A stretch of DNA of 64,000 nt from Octopus bimaculoides. Lineage: Eukaryota. A program made the position numbers and the translations under genes. This document shows positions 47,500-61,593 of the stretch, piece after piece (the stretch's first letter is position 1; each line of letters starts with the position of its first letter). Location of the stretch: positions 56,135,029 through 56,199,028 of the forward strand of contig NC_068993.1 of NCBI RefSeq assembly GCF_001194135.2. The letters run 5' to 3'. Below the pieces are notes generated by a model. The model did not search any database. It worked only from the letters and a program-made list of their open reading frames with translations, and had not been told where the DNA came from.

Positions 47500-47932
47500 N
47501 NNNNNNNNNNNNNNNNNNNNNNNNNNNNNNNNNNNNNNNNNNNNNNNNNNNNNNNNNNNNNNNNNNNNNNNNNNNNNNNNNNNNNNNNNNNNNNNNNNNN
47601 NNNNNNNNNNNNNNNNNNNNNNNNNNNNNNNNNNNNNNNNNNNNNNNNNNNNNNNNNNNNNNNNNNNNNNNNNNNNNNNNNNNNNNNNNNNNNNNNNNNN
47701 NNNNNNNNNNNNNNNNNNNNNNNNNNNNNNNNNNNNNNNNNNNNNNNNNNNNNNNNNNNNNNNNNNNNNNNNNNNNNNNNNNNNNNNNNNNNNNNNNNNN
47801 NNNNNNNNNNNNNNNNNNNNNNNNNNNNNNNNNNNNNNNNNNNNNNNNNNNNNNNNNNNNNNNNNNNNNNNNNNNNNNNNNNNNNNNNNNNNNNNNNNNN
47901 NNNNNNNNNNNNNNNNNNNNNNNNNNNNNNNN

Positions 47933-47966
<34 letters not shown>

Positions 47967-50900
47967 AAAACTAGCACTTCCTTTCTCCAAGCATAGGTTT
48001 GAAACCGAATCTAAGGATTCTCGCTCGTCTGAGCCACCACTGATCAAACAGGCGCGCATGTCAAAACAGGATAAATCGTCTCCCTTTGACCTACGACCTC
48101 AGCCATGTTAGACGAAGTTCAAATGGACAGGAGCTGACCTATTTAGACACAATCTCTCCTGCAGTATGTCTGTCTTTCTAGCTGCCACGGCTGTTATAAA
48201 TACCGTGGTCCACAAAGGGACAGGCAGAAAAGACCTGGGACAAAGATAGAGTGCACGAGATAGCCAACCAGTATTTTCTCAGATGAACAAAGCACACACA
48301 GACACAAAACAATATCCAGTCCTACCACATCATATCACAGATGTATCCTGTTGTTTTTATTCTTCTCAGCTCGTAGCAGTTGACAACAAATACATGTAGT
48401 GAAAAATTGAGTATACCAACAGCAAATGCAAGTCTCATAAATAAATTATTTAAACTATAAATCGATGTTATTCATTATTTACTTCAAAGGCATCCACATG
48501 CCTATCGCATCTGTTTACCTCAACACATTCTGATACACCTTTTCCACTACACACACACACACACACACACGCATATATATTGGAGAGAGAGAGAGAGTAG
48601 AAATATGAGAGTCTGGTAGGAATTGAACTTATGTTTCCCTGTTCAATTCTTTTAACCAACAATAATTTTAATTTAATATACATTAATGGTTAAATCCAAT
48701 TCTGCCATTCTCTCATTCATTTAAATTCACATACACAAATAGATGTGCACATATGTTCAGACACATACACAAGAATACACACACAGGCACACAAAGAGAC
48801 AGGCAGCAAAAACTGACCACTAATTTAAGGAGAAATATCAGATCAAACAACCAAATCTCAAATAAAAGGTCAAAGGTTAGAACCAAAGACAGGATCAAAA
48901 TGCCAAAGATCAAGTCAAAGACCAAATACCAAAATAACAAAGTCCAAACAAAAGACCAAAGTACTCAAGACCAGATGAAGGATTAAAAAGGATGTAACTG
49001 CCACCAGACCAAAGATCAAACCAAAGATCAAACCAAAGACTAGATCAAAGACCGGATCAAAGACCGGATCACAGCAGCAAAGAAAAAAAACACAGAACAA
49101 AGAATGAAAGATCAAACAAAAATAACAAGACTAAAAGTGGGATCATAGATCAGAACAAAGACCCAAGACCAAACAAGAGTAAAGGGCTTAAGATCAGAAC
49201 CAAAGATTAGACCAAAATGCTAAAAATCAGACCAAGGTCCAGAGAAATAATGACCAAATGAAAGACTAGACCAAAGATCAGACCAAATTACCATAGACTA
49301 AATATTCAAACATTAGACAAAAGATGGAAAAATTAGATCAGTTATTCAAAGATTAGACCAAAGATAAAAACCAAAGACTAGACCAATAACCAAATCAAAG
49401 ACAAGGAATTAGACCCTAGAATTAAATGAAGTTGTTACTTACGTTTGATAGACATGACCCTGATCTACTCTTTCTTCTACGTCTGCCAGGGCCAGGACAT
49501 GTAGTGGGGAGTGTGGTAGAGCAGCATGCAACCAGGGGAAGGCAAATAAGGAGAGAACACCATTGATAACACCAACCACAAACAGATCCCAGTGGTAGGC
49601 TGTGCCTTTTTTCATTCTGATGGAGAGAAACAGCAACATATCAGTGATATGATAGAGCAATGGGTCAACTTGTCAGAGATTAGAGGTTATAGCATGGCAA
49701 AAGGTCAACATGTCAATAGGTCAACATATATCAAGAGTCTAACAAGGCAAAAAGTCAACATGTCATTGATAAAAAAGTCAATATTTTCGTGCATGACAGA
49801 TCAATAGTGTCAATATCACATATCATAATATATGACAGACCGATAGTGCTGATATTACAGTGTATGACAGATGAATAAAAATCAGTATTTCAAAAGATGA
49901 CAAATCAATTAAAAAAGAATCAAATGTAGTGGGTGCTTTTATGTGCCACAGACATGAGGGCCAGTCAGGCAGTGATGGCAACGGCCACGCACAAAATGGT
50001 GTTTATTTACGTGCCACCTTCACAGGAGCTAGTCCAATGACCTCACTCGAATGTTGTTTTTCACGTGCCACCAGCACAAGTGCCAGTAAGGCAACGCTGG
50101 TAACGATCACGCTCGAATGGTGCTTTTTATGTGTCACACATACATAAATATACACATACATACATATACACACATACATATGCATACAGACATTAAATCG
50201 TAGATATATGCTTACTTGTTTTGAGGTGCATTAACGAGTGCTGCTGATATGTTTTGATCCATGAAGAAGAGAAGAGACAAACAGAATCCAAGCCCCATTC
50301 CACCAAATACTGCCCCAGCATTCAGTTTGGAAAATGGCACCAAATTTATACTTGTATCCATTGTGTCAGGGTCGAAGCTCTCACCAACTAAAATAAAAAA
50401 ATTGGAGTTCAAGACATTAAACAGACACCATTAATTAAAAGTAAATGATATTATATTAAAACATGCACACATGGTTTCTATAGTGATGTCAGCTATTACA
50501 AGGGAGATAATCAGTTCTTCAGATGCCAGCATGGAAAACTGAGGTTAAAGGACGATGGTGATGATGATGATTAGAAATTTGAAATTAAGGAATTGCAAGG
50601 GAAAAGCTGTATCGAATTTACATATTTAATTCCTTCTGTTTTTGTCTCCTTATTTTGAAGTTCGTACAATTTCTAGTTAGCGATAAACATGTATTGCACT
50701 GTTTCATTCTTTATAGAAGTTGTCAGCATGACACAGCCTGAGATACACTAATTAAATATTATTTGACAATGTGGGGCATTATATTAAATATGAAAATAAT
50801 CACAATCTTTTATCTTCTATTTTTTACTTGTTCAAGTCATTAGACTGCGGTCATACTGGGGCACCACCTTGAAGAATTCGTCGTATTATTTAATCTGATG

Positions 50901-53900
50901 TGCAACACAAATAAAACAAAAAAGAACATTTGGGAACCATTGATGGTATTTTATAAGCCACCATAACCATCATCCACACCGCAACATCACCAACATAATC
51001 TTTGCTATAATAGTTACTCAAACTATATCACTACTACTTCAACGATCCCCTCACATCATGAGGGAGTACTGAAAAGTTCCTGGTTTTAAGGGTGTCATGA
51101 AAGGCCTGGTTGGAGGCCCAACCTTCTGAATTCCTTTACAGGCTTTAGGAAAACTGAAGGACTGCTGCAATAAGTGTGTGAATTTGGGAGGGGAATATGT
51201 TGAATAAAATAACTGATCCCTGTATTTTTCTTTTACCCAAAGCCAGGCACTTTTCAGCACCCCCTTGTACATCACTCTTACCACTAAAATAATTTCACAT
51301 ACTACATCACCACTACAACAATCATGCATGCTATAAAATAAACCACCAATACCACACCACAACAACAAACGCCCATACTATAGCATCACAGAAACAAGCA
51401 CCCACACCAGAACGCCACAACAGGGTTACTACTTACGTTTGATGTCCCTAAACAGGTAGGCACCGACAAAAGACATAATAATGACAGACGCAGGTAAAGC
51501 ATAGTCAGAAAACATCTCCCTCTTGGCAGACGTTAGGTAGGGGCTGAAAAATAGAATGCAATATATACTGTATATTGTAGAGAGGTGTCGATAGAATAAG
51601 GCAAACATAACATGTATGAAATATGGTAGAGTAGCAGCGGTAGGGGTAGAACATTGCATGAGTAATATAATAGGGTCTCATATTTGTAATAAAGTAAGCT
51701 GAAAAACTACAATCGAAGGGAGATTATTCAAGCTATTATGCAAAAAAAAAAAAAACAACTGTAACCTGGGCAGTTTCTGTTAAACCATTCAACCCATGCC
51801 AGCATGGAAAGAGGAGGTTAACTTACGATGAGGGTATATACATATATAGAGAGAGAAAGAAAAAGAGAGGTTCACACAACCATAGTGTTGGTATTCACTG
51901 ATGGTGATAATGATAATGACAGAAATGATACAGGATGAAAAATTTAACATTAAAAAAACCCAGATGGTGATAATATTCTACTTGTGCCAGGAGAGCCGAT
52001 CCTTAACAACACTTAGCTAAGCAATAAATTTTTTTTAAAATTAAAATATGGAGGAAACTTACGTATTTTTGAAGTTAAACAAGGATACTCCTACCCAAAG
52101 CGTTGCAAGTAGTAGAAATAAATAGAGGACACTTTTTTCCGGAGCACAGGTTTCCAAGCCATTCGTCAAATTACTGCTTATATTACTATCAGGACACTGT
52201 ATGTTGTAGAAGCTGTCAAAATCTACATAGATGCAAAGATATGCATTATAGCAGTGCTCAAGCCTAAATAAATACATGGACATGTTATACATGGAGGTAC
52301 CCAAAAGTAATCAGAAACGTTCTCTGTGGGACAAGCCTGTTGTAATTCAGACTTCTGTCGCTAGAAGCCACTTGATGCCATCCCTCAGGCATCAGTCTAC
52401 TGATCAGCATCATTGAGTGTGTCATACTCCCATATGGTGCATCATTGTTTTGCAGTGCTTCTCCCCTGTTCATCAATTTTTTGTGATGGCTGAAATGAAG
52501 GAACAGCATGTTTCTGCAAAATTATTTTATATGCTGGGGGAAAACGGTTATCATGCTTCAAACTTACAAGGATGCTGTCATGAGCACAACACAAGCTTAC
52601 AAATGGTTTTCATGCTTTAGTAGTGGTCACTTGTTGCTTGAAGACCAACCTTGTTCAGGGCGACCATCAATCACCCGAAACTAATGAAAACATCACAAAA
52701 GTATATGAACTGATCTTTGGAGGAGAGTCACCAAACGATTGACAAGCTTGTTGATATGACTGGTGTATCCTGGATCTCCTGCTGCCAACGAATTTTGAGC
52801 AAGGACTTTCGAATGAAAAGAGATGCAGCAAAATTTATGCCTCACTTGCTCCCAGAAGATCAAAAACAGTCATGACTGAATGCGTGTCGGGAACTGAAGA
52901 ACAGTTGGAAGTTGATTCAGATCTTTTTTTTTTTGAAGGTCATCACTGATGCTACGGCTATGATCTGGAAACAAAGCAGCGGTCAAATTAATGGATGCAT
53001 TCAATGTCACCACCACATCACCAAAAAGTGCGTCAAGTGAAGTCTGATGTCAAGACGGTGCTGATTTGTTTCATTGATGCGAAAGGAATTGTCCACACAG
53101 TATTTGTTCCTCCTGGTCAAACTGTTGACCAGACATTTTACTCGGTACAAAAAGGAGGAAGAATGAGAAGAGGAAGACAACGGAAAAGACAACAGAAAAG
53201 AGGAAGGAAAAAGAAAAGATGACAGAGAAGAGGAAGAAGAAGACGAAGAAGAAGATGAAAAAGAAGACGAAGAAAGAAAGAAAGAAAGAAAGAAAAAGTA
53301 AGAAAGAAAAACCACTACTACTCACTCTGGGCACAACTTTTAAAACTGTCAACAGTAAAAGCTATTGCGATGAATAATGCAAAGATTTCTTCTGAAGACC
53401 TGAAAGAAAGAGAGAGAGAGAGAGAGAGAGTGTATGGCCAGATGGAGCACCAAACCTTAGTTACAAAAGAAAAATTGTGGAGAAATGGGTGACTGGTTAA
53501 ACTGATAACAAAACAGAGAGGAAAACTGAAATAACAGCATTGAGGACCTTCAAAAGACTGGAGACAGGGCTTTAGCAGTAGGTCTAGCGGTAGGTGAGAT
53601 GGGTAGGGCACATCTTGGATTAAACGCAGCTGGACAGCCGACACTGAGAGGTAGGTGAACCATATTTTGTTCCTCACATTACAGTTCCCTCATACGACAA
53701 TAGCAAACTAGGCTGGACATTATATCAAGATGATGAATGATCAGTAGACATTCTGCTGACCAAAATTAAATAATTGGTATACTCACCTGGTAGACCATTG
53801 CATCAGGATACTCAGATCAAAGAATGAATAGATGAAGAGGAAGAATGTATTCCAGAGCCCCACACAACCAAACATGGCAGGGAAGTCAATATCAAAGTCT

Positions 53901-55082
53901 TCACAAATACTGTAGATAACTAGAATGGGAGATAAGATAATATATATCATGTTAATAGACATGAACAACCTATAAGGTTAAATACTATGTAATATAACAC
54001 ATCATACATGGTACCAAACACTATATCATTACAAGATTGCTACACCACCATCACCACAACACAAAAGCACACACCATCAGCAACCCCCCCCCCCAACACA
54101 CACACACTACAATACTACATAAGACCACCATTACAAAATACAAAAGTAACCAATGAAAGAGCCTCTACATGGTTGTGCAACCTGTTACATATAGTAATGT
54201 GCAAACACACACACACACATTGAGGCTCACATAGAACAATAAATACTAGCAAGTAAATATCGAGCGGCTGAGTACTCCACAGATATGCGTACCCTTAAAC
54301 GTAGTTCATAGGCAGACTCAGTGTAACACAGGTTGCAACAAAGCTGTCCCTTTTGAATTACAGGTACTACTTATTTTTGCCAGCGGAATGAACTGGAACA
54401 ACATGATTTTAAAATGCCTTGTTGAAGGACACAATGCACCACCAGGAATTGAACTCATGACCTTACAATTGTGAGCCATATATGCTAACCATTAAGCCAC
54501 ACCTTTATTTCCAGGTGACTCAGTCAGGCCCACGACCACATTAGGATTCAAGGGTAATGCTAAAGTTTCCTTTCACAAAAAGCTTATATCTAAGGGTTGT
54601 TGTTTACCTCTGATCAAAGGCATTCCGACCTCGACCATCACATTTAGGACTTCATTGACCAACGTTGAGCAAAGATGAATTCAGCTTCAACTTCTGGCAA
54701 ATAACGATTGATTACATGGAAACTAAGCACACTTGGTCTGTCTGGTGATTTTATTCAAATTGCATGGCACCAAAACAACAACAACAACAACAAGAATAAG
54801 GGATAATGGCAAAGCCTTACTTTTGGTGTAAAGAGCCAAAGGGGCAGTGGTGAGTAGAACGATCTGTGGTGTTCCGCCAAACAACGCAAACACTAATCCT
54901 CCAAATATTTGGGAGTAGATCACTTTCTCGACATCTGGAGAACATAAATAAATTGATTAACAACAACAACAACAACAAATGTTTAACATAGAGGAACAAA
55001 GCACACTATAATCAGCTGAATCAAACCCAGCGCATGACTGGTACATATTTATATTTTTTCTACCTTAGCAAGACGAGAAACA

Positions 55083-55125
<43 letters not shown>

Positions 55126-57869
55126 GTAATAATAATAATAATAATAAATGACCGGATGCAGTACCAGGCAGTGGCTCTCATGGCTTCTGATCCTAATTGA
55201 TTGGAAAGTGTTATCATGTTCATTGTTTTGTCTTGGTATAAAAAGATGGGCTACAGTAAATATTCAGCTTAATACCACAGATTTACTTGTCAGTTGCTTG
55301 ACCTTAACCAGTTGAGCATGACCCTTGTTGGCTGACGATATGTGCATCTCTGATCATGAGNNNNNNNNNNTTGCTTGACCTTAACCAGTTGAGCATGACC
55401 CTTGTTGGCTGACGATATGTGCATCTCTGATCATGAGCAGAAGTAGTGGGGGAGCATGATAACCAATCATGCTTGGACGGTGCTTTTAACGTTCCACTGG
55501 CATGAGTGCCAATCAGGTGGTACTGTCATCGGCCACATCAGCGATTTTGATTACATAGACCGCATTTCTATTTTTCCGCCAGAGCAGAACCTGCAGGCCA
55601 ATAGTTGGTTTTAACAACTTATTTAATCAAGAAGTTGGCAGCCACAAATTTGCTGTCTTGAATTTAACATATTTCTCCAGTTGTAGCGGTACAGTCATGG
55701 AGCTGTACTAATCAGCTATTTTGTCATAACTGCAGAGTTTATCTATTCCCATGTGAATAAATTATTGTTTGTATTCATCATTCATAGACCAACATGAAAA
55801 CTACTATGTGCAGTGAATAACACTTGTGTTAATTGTTCACGAGGTGTCGTCCAGCATTTACACGCAGCCAGTAAACCAACACAACAACATTGTGAAACAC
55901 AAACCTTCTCATGACACATGAATTATCTGTCAGAATTTTAAAACATTAAACAAACATACGAAACTAAGAGAGAAAAATATCCAACATTAGACTAAAAATA
56001 AACAGTTATAAATTTGTGAATCATCATCATCGTTTAACGTCCGCTTTCCATGCTAGCATGGGTTGGACGACTTGACTGAGGACTGGTGAAACCGGATGGC
56101 AACACCAGGCTCCAATCTAAATTTGGCAGAGTTTCTACAGCTGGATGCCCTTCCTAAAGCCAACCACTCAGAGAGTGTAGTAGGTGCTTTTATGTGTCAC
56201 CTGCACGAAGGCCAGTCAGGCGATACTGGCAACGGCCATGCTCGAAATGGTGTCTTTTATGTGCCACCCGCACAAGCCAGTCCAGGGGCACTGGCAACGA
56301 TCTCGCTCGAAAATCCTACGGGAGCCAGTCAGGCGGTACTGGCAACGGCCACGCTCAAAATGGTGCATCTCATGTGCCACCCGCACAAGAGCCAGTCCAG
56401 TGAAATACTGGTTTCAAATTCTGGCACAAGGCCAGCAATTTTGGGGGAGGGGGCATCGACCTCAGTATTCAGCTGGTACTTTTTTTTATCAACCCCGAAA
56501 GGATGAAAGACAAAGTCAACCTCAGCAGAATTTGGACTCAGAATGTAAAGATGGATGAAATGTTTAGCATTTAGCCTGGCGCAGCAATGATTCTGCCAGC
56601 TCACCGCCTTCGTATACTGAAAAACTGGTTCCAAATTTTGGTATGAGACCAGCAATTTTGGAAGAGGGCATAAGTCAATTACATCGACCTCCAGTATGCA
56701 ACTGGTACTTATTTTATCAACCCTGTAAGGATGAAAGGCAAAGTTGACCCCAGCAGCATTTGAACTCAGAATGTAGAGTCAGAAGAAATGCCCACTAAGC
56801 ATTTTGTCCACTGCTCTAACAACTTTGCCAGCTTGTATGCTGAAATATTGTAAAGCAGAAACTGCTGACAGACATTGAAATTGATCAGATGAAAGGAATT
56901 ATAGAATCAGATTTGAGAAACAGTCCAATGCATATAACTCACAAATTAACAGACAAAAACTATGTCAAAGCAGAAACATCTTCACAGGAAGGAATAAATA
57001 GCATGACACAGATACAATGAGAAACAATTTGGAGATCAAACCATTGTATAGGAACATATTAATGAAATAATGATAATATCAGGACATACGATCTGACAGA
57101 ACTTGAAAAGAAAAATAATTACTAAATGGGTCAAAGTTCACAATATGATCTTCAAGGAACACATTGACTTTCTTAAGATTTTCAACAATAAAGGGGAAAA
57201 AAATCTGACTAGTGAGCATAGACCCCTAAGTTCATTATAAATCAAAATATCAACAATGGACATTAAATGATGATATCTATATGGGTGCTATCTATCTATC
57301 TATATATATCTATATAAGGGTGGCGAGCTGGCAGAATCGTTAGCACGCTGGGCGAAATGCTTAGTGGTATTTTGTCTACCATTACATTCTGAGTTCAAAC
57401 TCCGCCGAGGTTGACTTTGCCTTTCATCCTTTTGGGGTCGATTAAATAAGTACCAGTTACGCACTGGGGGTTGATATATCGACTGAAACCCTTTGTCTGT
57501 CCTTGTTTGTCAAGAGAATGAGAAAGAAATAGTTATCACATGTACAGTTACAAATACCTATGGGGACATTTATGAACAACCCCCAAGTATAAGAAAGAAA
57601 AAAAAGGGAGCAGAAACCCAAATGAAGAATAAAGCTAAGAAGGAATTACTTGTAAAGAGAAGGAAACTGTAAGGAGTTACTCTGAGTAGCAGAAGGAGTA
57701 CTTACTTAGTGTTCCTTTGGTATTACCATCATTCAAAACACCAAATGCTATTGATGGTAGAAGTATGGCAAAGTAAAGAAACAAGGTTGTGGACAGAGTC
57801 TTCTGGACTGACCTGGGACCAATGACACCTGTATGTATATGAAAAAATTATTTTTTTTTTTTAATATTA

Positions 57870-57900
<31 letters not shown>

Positions 57901-59876
57901 GCTTTTTTGGAACAGTGGAGCTTGAAGCAGGTAAGAGATTAGATTTAATGGGTGAGATGTGGGTTTTAAGTGTTTTAGTTTTGAGTAAAGAAAGAGAAAT
58001 ATTCACCATCTTTGTAATCAGAAATGTAATGGGGAAGTCTTCGCTTCAAATCTTTACGTAAACCTCGCATAAATCCACATTTGCACTCTTCTTTCTGTAA
58101 CAACATCAACAACAACAGATTTATTAGATTAATTTTAATAAATACAATTTCAAGGACACGGTATTGTCTTTACAAATCAGTAAATGTTAACTAACCGGTT
58201 TCTGTTAACTAATTAGTTTCTATTAACTCATTGGTTACTGTTAAGGTACCAGTTTGTGCAAGGTACCAGTTAACTAATCTAGAGGCCATGGGAATTTGAA
58301 GTTGATCATCATCATCATCATCGTTTAATGTCAACTTTCCATGCTGGCATGGGTTGGACGGTTTGACTGAGGACCAGATCCAACCTTTCACACCTACTCT
58401 ACAATGTCATTCCAAAAATTACAAACACACCATTGAAATCTTGAAGCTACAAAATAATGCATGATTAATTCAAAACACTAGGAATAAGTAAACGTCACAT
58501 TTGGCAAAAAAATCTGAATGTTAAAGGGCCGAGTATTGAAGAAGTATCCAGGAAATGATCATGTCAAAAATGCATCAGAACTTTCTTTCCAAATTAACAG
58601 ATAAATCCTTAGATTAATAACAGTCAGAGAGATCAATAGATAGACTGATAAACAGATAATTAAACAGATAAATTGGTAGAGAGATAAACTGATAGATACA
58701 TCAATTGATAGTTAGATTGATCAATAGATAAAGATAGGTAGGTAGATGGATTGGGAGACAGCCAACTGGTTGAACAGACAGACAGATAGAGAGGTAGATG
58801 GCTGGTTGGACAGACAGACAGATAGGGAGGTAGATGGCTGGTTGGACAGACAGACAGATAGGGAGGTAGATGGCTGGTTGGACAAACTGATGGATGGATG
58901 GATGGATGGATGGATGGATGGATGGATGGATGGATGGATGGATGGATGCACAGGCAGACAGTGGGACACGTTAGTAGACAAAGAGAAAGAAAGAGAGTAA
59001 GACTAACCTGTTCAGTCTCAGGATGCATTTGGGTCTTCCGATGCTGTTCAGCTAAAATATTGCCATATTTCCTAAGTACATTATTAAACTGTGCTGAATT
59101 GGAACATAGTGATAATTCTTGACGAAGGTCAGGGCAAGCAAATAAAGTGCTAAATGTTCTTCCGATTTCAAACTCACTTTTTGTACCTTTCTGAAAAATA
59201 ACATTATGCATATGTAGTGTATTTATGTAATATACATTTACATACACACATACATATATCTTCATCAATATATATATAAATACAAGTGTATACACACATG
59301 ATGGCCGTCCACTCGTGACCAAGGAAGACCATTGCCTACCTTCAGGAACATTGTGCGCTCTAGGACTAACTTATATTTTGCACTTGCGGCTCCGTTGGTG
59401 GCTAATGAGCCCTGCTCTTGACAAGCATACACGACTGCAAACATTGCAGACCAAGCTTTCCCCATTCACTATATGAGCCGTGCGCTTTTGCGCAGCTCGC
59501 TTAAGTTCTTCATGCTGCACACGTGCTCTCTCAAAAGTGTTGATCCCCTCCCTAACCTGCTTCCTCCATCTATGGCGATGACAGGCATTGTTCTCCCAGT
59601 CAGTGTCCTGCATATCACAGGCCTTTAATGAGGACTTTGACACAGTCCTTAAAGCGCAGCCTTGGTTTCTGCAAGAGTCTCCTTCCATTTACAAGTTCTC
59701 CATAGAGCATCTGCTTAGGAATCCTGCTATCCTTCACACACACACACACACACACACANNNNNNNNNNNNNNNNNNNNNNNNNNNNNNNNNNNNNNNNNN
59801 NNNNNNNNNNNNNNNNNNNNNNNNNNNNNNNNNNNNNNNNNNNNNNNNNNNNNNNNNNNNNNNNNNNNNNNNNNNN

Positions 59877-59914
<38 letters not shown>

Positions 59915-61550
59915 GGCACAGGTGTGACTGTGTGGTAAGAAGCTTGCTTCCCAGCCACATGGTTCTGGGTTCAGTCCCACTACATGGCATCTTAAGCAGG
60001 TGTCTTCTACTATAGCCTCAGGCTGACTAAAGCCATGTGAGTGGATTTGGTAGACAGAAACTGAAAGAAAGGTTGTTTGTGGAAGACCAGCAGTTGCCCA
60101 TGCCCATGGGGATACAATAGTAAATACTTGCCCAAGGTAATGCATGCAGTGGAATTGAACCCAAAGCCACAAGGTTGCAAAGTGAACTTCTTAACCCCAT
60201 GGCCATGTCTGCACCTTGTCACACATTTCAAATGGGCAGAATATAGTTAAATGAATTTAGAGGAGATGGAATATAATTAAGATGAACTGACACAGTATAT
60301 GACTGGTACATGTTTTTATCATTGCCTCAGGGAGGGAAGATAGCCTACCTCTTTTGTAGGAGTAATAATAATAATCACAAAGGATATTTCTTGAGCAGTT
60401 GTACCAAAGTTGGCTGGCTGACGGAGATGAGCAATGCCAACCATAGTCTTGGTTACTATTGGACTGCAACACCTGAAAGAAAATGGTAGATGCTGTTTAG
60501 AAACACACACATCTATAAACAGATAATTACACTGACAAACACACACACACATGTATATATCCATTTACACACAGACACACATATATTAAAATTTAACCCC
60601 CTCTACACACAGTTTACACATATACATAAACATTTGTTTGCTTGCATACACAAACACACACACACAAATAGGCATTTACACAGACATGTGATATAGTCAT
60701 TTAAACACAGACACCTATGGTCCTTTACACACACACACACAGAGGTGTACATACACACATGCATGCATGCACACACACACACATCTGAATACTTATACAC
60801 ATACAAGTATGTAGACATTTAGATGGGAACATACCCAAGTATAACATATACAGACACACATGAATATTCATTTTCACACATTTACATATAGAGATTAACA
60901 TACACACATGCATATACATATGCATGTGATGTGATTGTGTGTGTAATGGGTTAAATGGCTTCCATCATGTGCATATGTAATGTGTGTATGTGTGTGTGGG
61001 TATGATGGAAATCCAAGCCTTCAAAAACCAAGTTGATAAATATACATTCAAACAGTCACCACACACACAATATAAGAAATACTTACATGGAACATATCCA
61101 ACTTTGGTCATAATCAAAGCCACCACCCATTGCTATACAAGAGCTCTGCACTGTCTTCCGCAATTGATGCACTGAAATTGAAATACAAAGCCATAGATTT
61201 CAATAACTGAATATAAAGATAATTAAACGCGAAAAGGATAGAGGCATTGTGTAGTAGTTAATAATACTCAAGTGAAGTACAACAAACTAAGAGGTTTAAT
61301 AAGTTGTGGTTAGTCTAACATATTAAACAGGGAACAGGGGCACTGGAATTAGTTTAGAGTTTTTATCTCTTTTCACAGGACACAAAATACTGATTGATAA
61401 GATTCATGTATTGTAGAAGTAGTCCTTAAGATTCATCTATATGAGTTCCATACCCATGCCAGCATGGAAATGGACATTAAATGAACTCCTCAAACTTTTG
61501 AAAATCCAAGGAATATGGAAGTCAAACAAATGGATTTCAAAGACTCCCTG

Positions 61551-61593
<43 letters not shown>

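Noticed and set aside
52223-52263. Alternative upstream acceptor extending the SLC4A11 exon (RLEHCYNAY...)
   Set aside because: Its phase is incompatible with the phase-1 end of exon 53326-53399.
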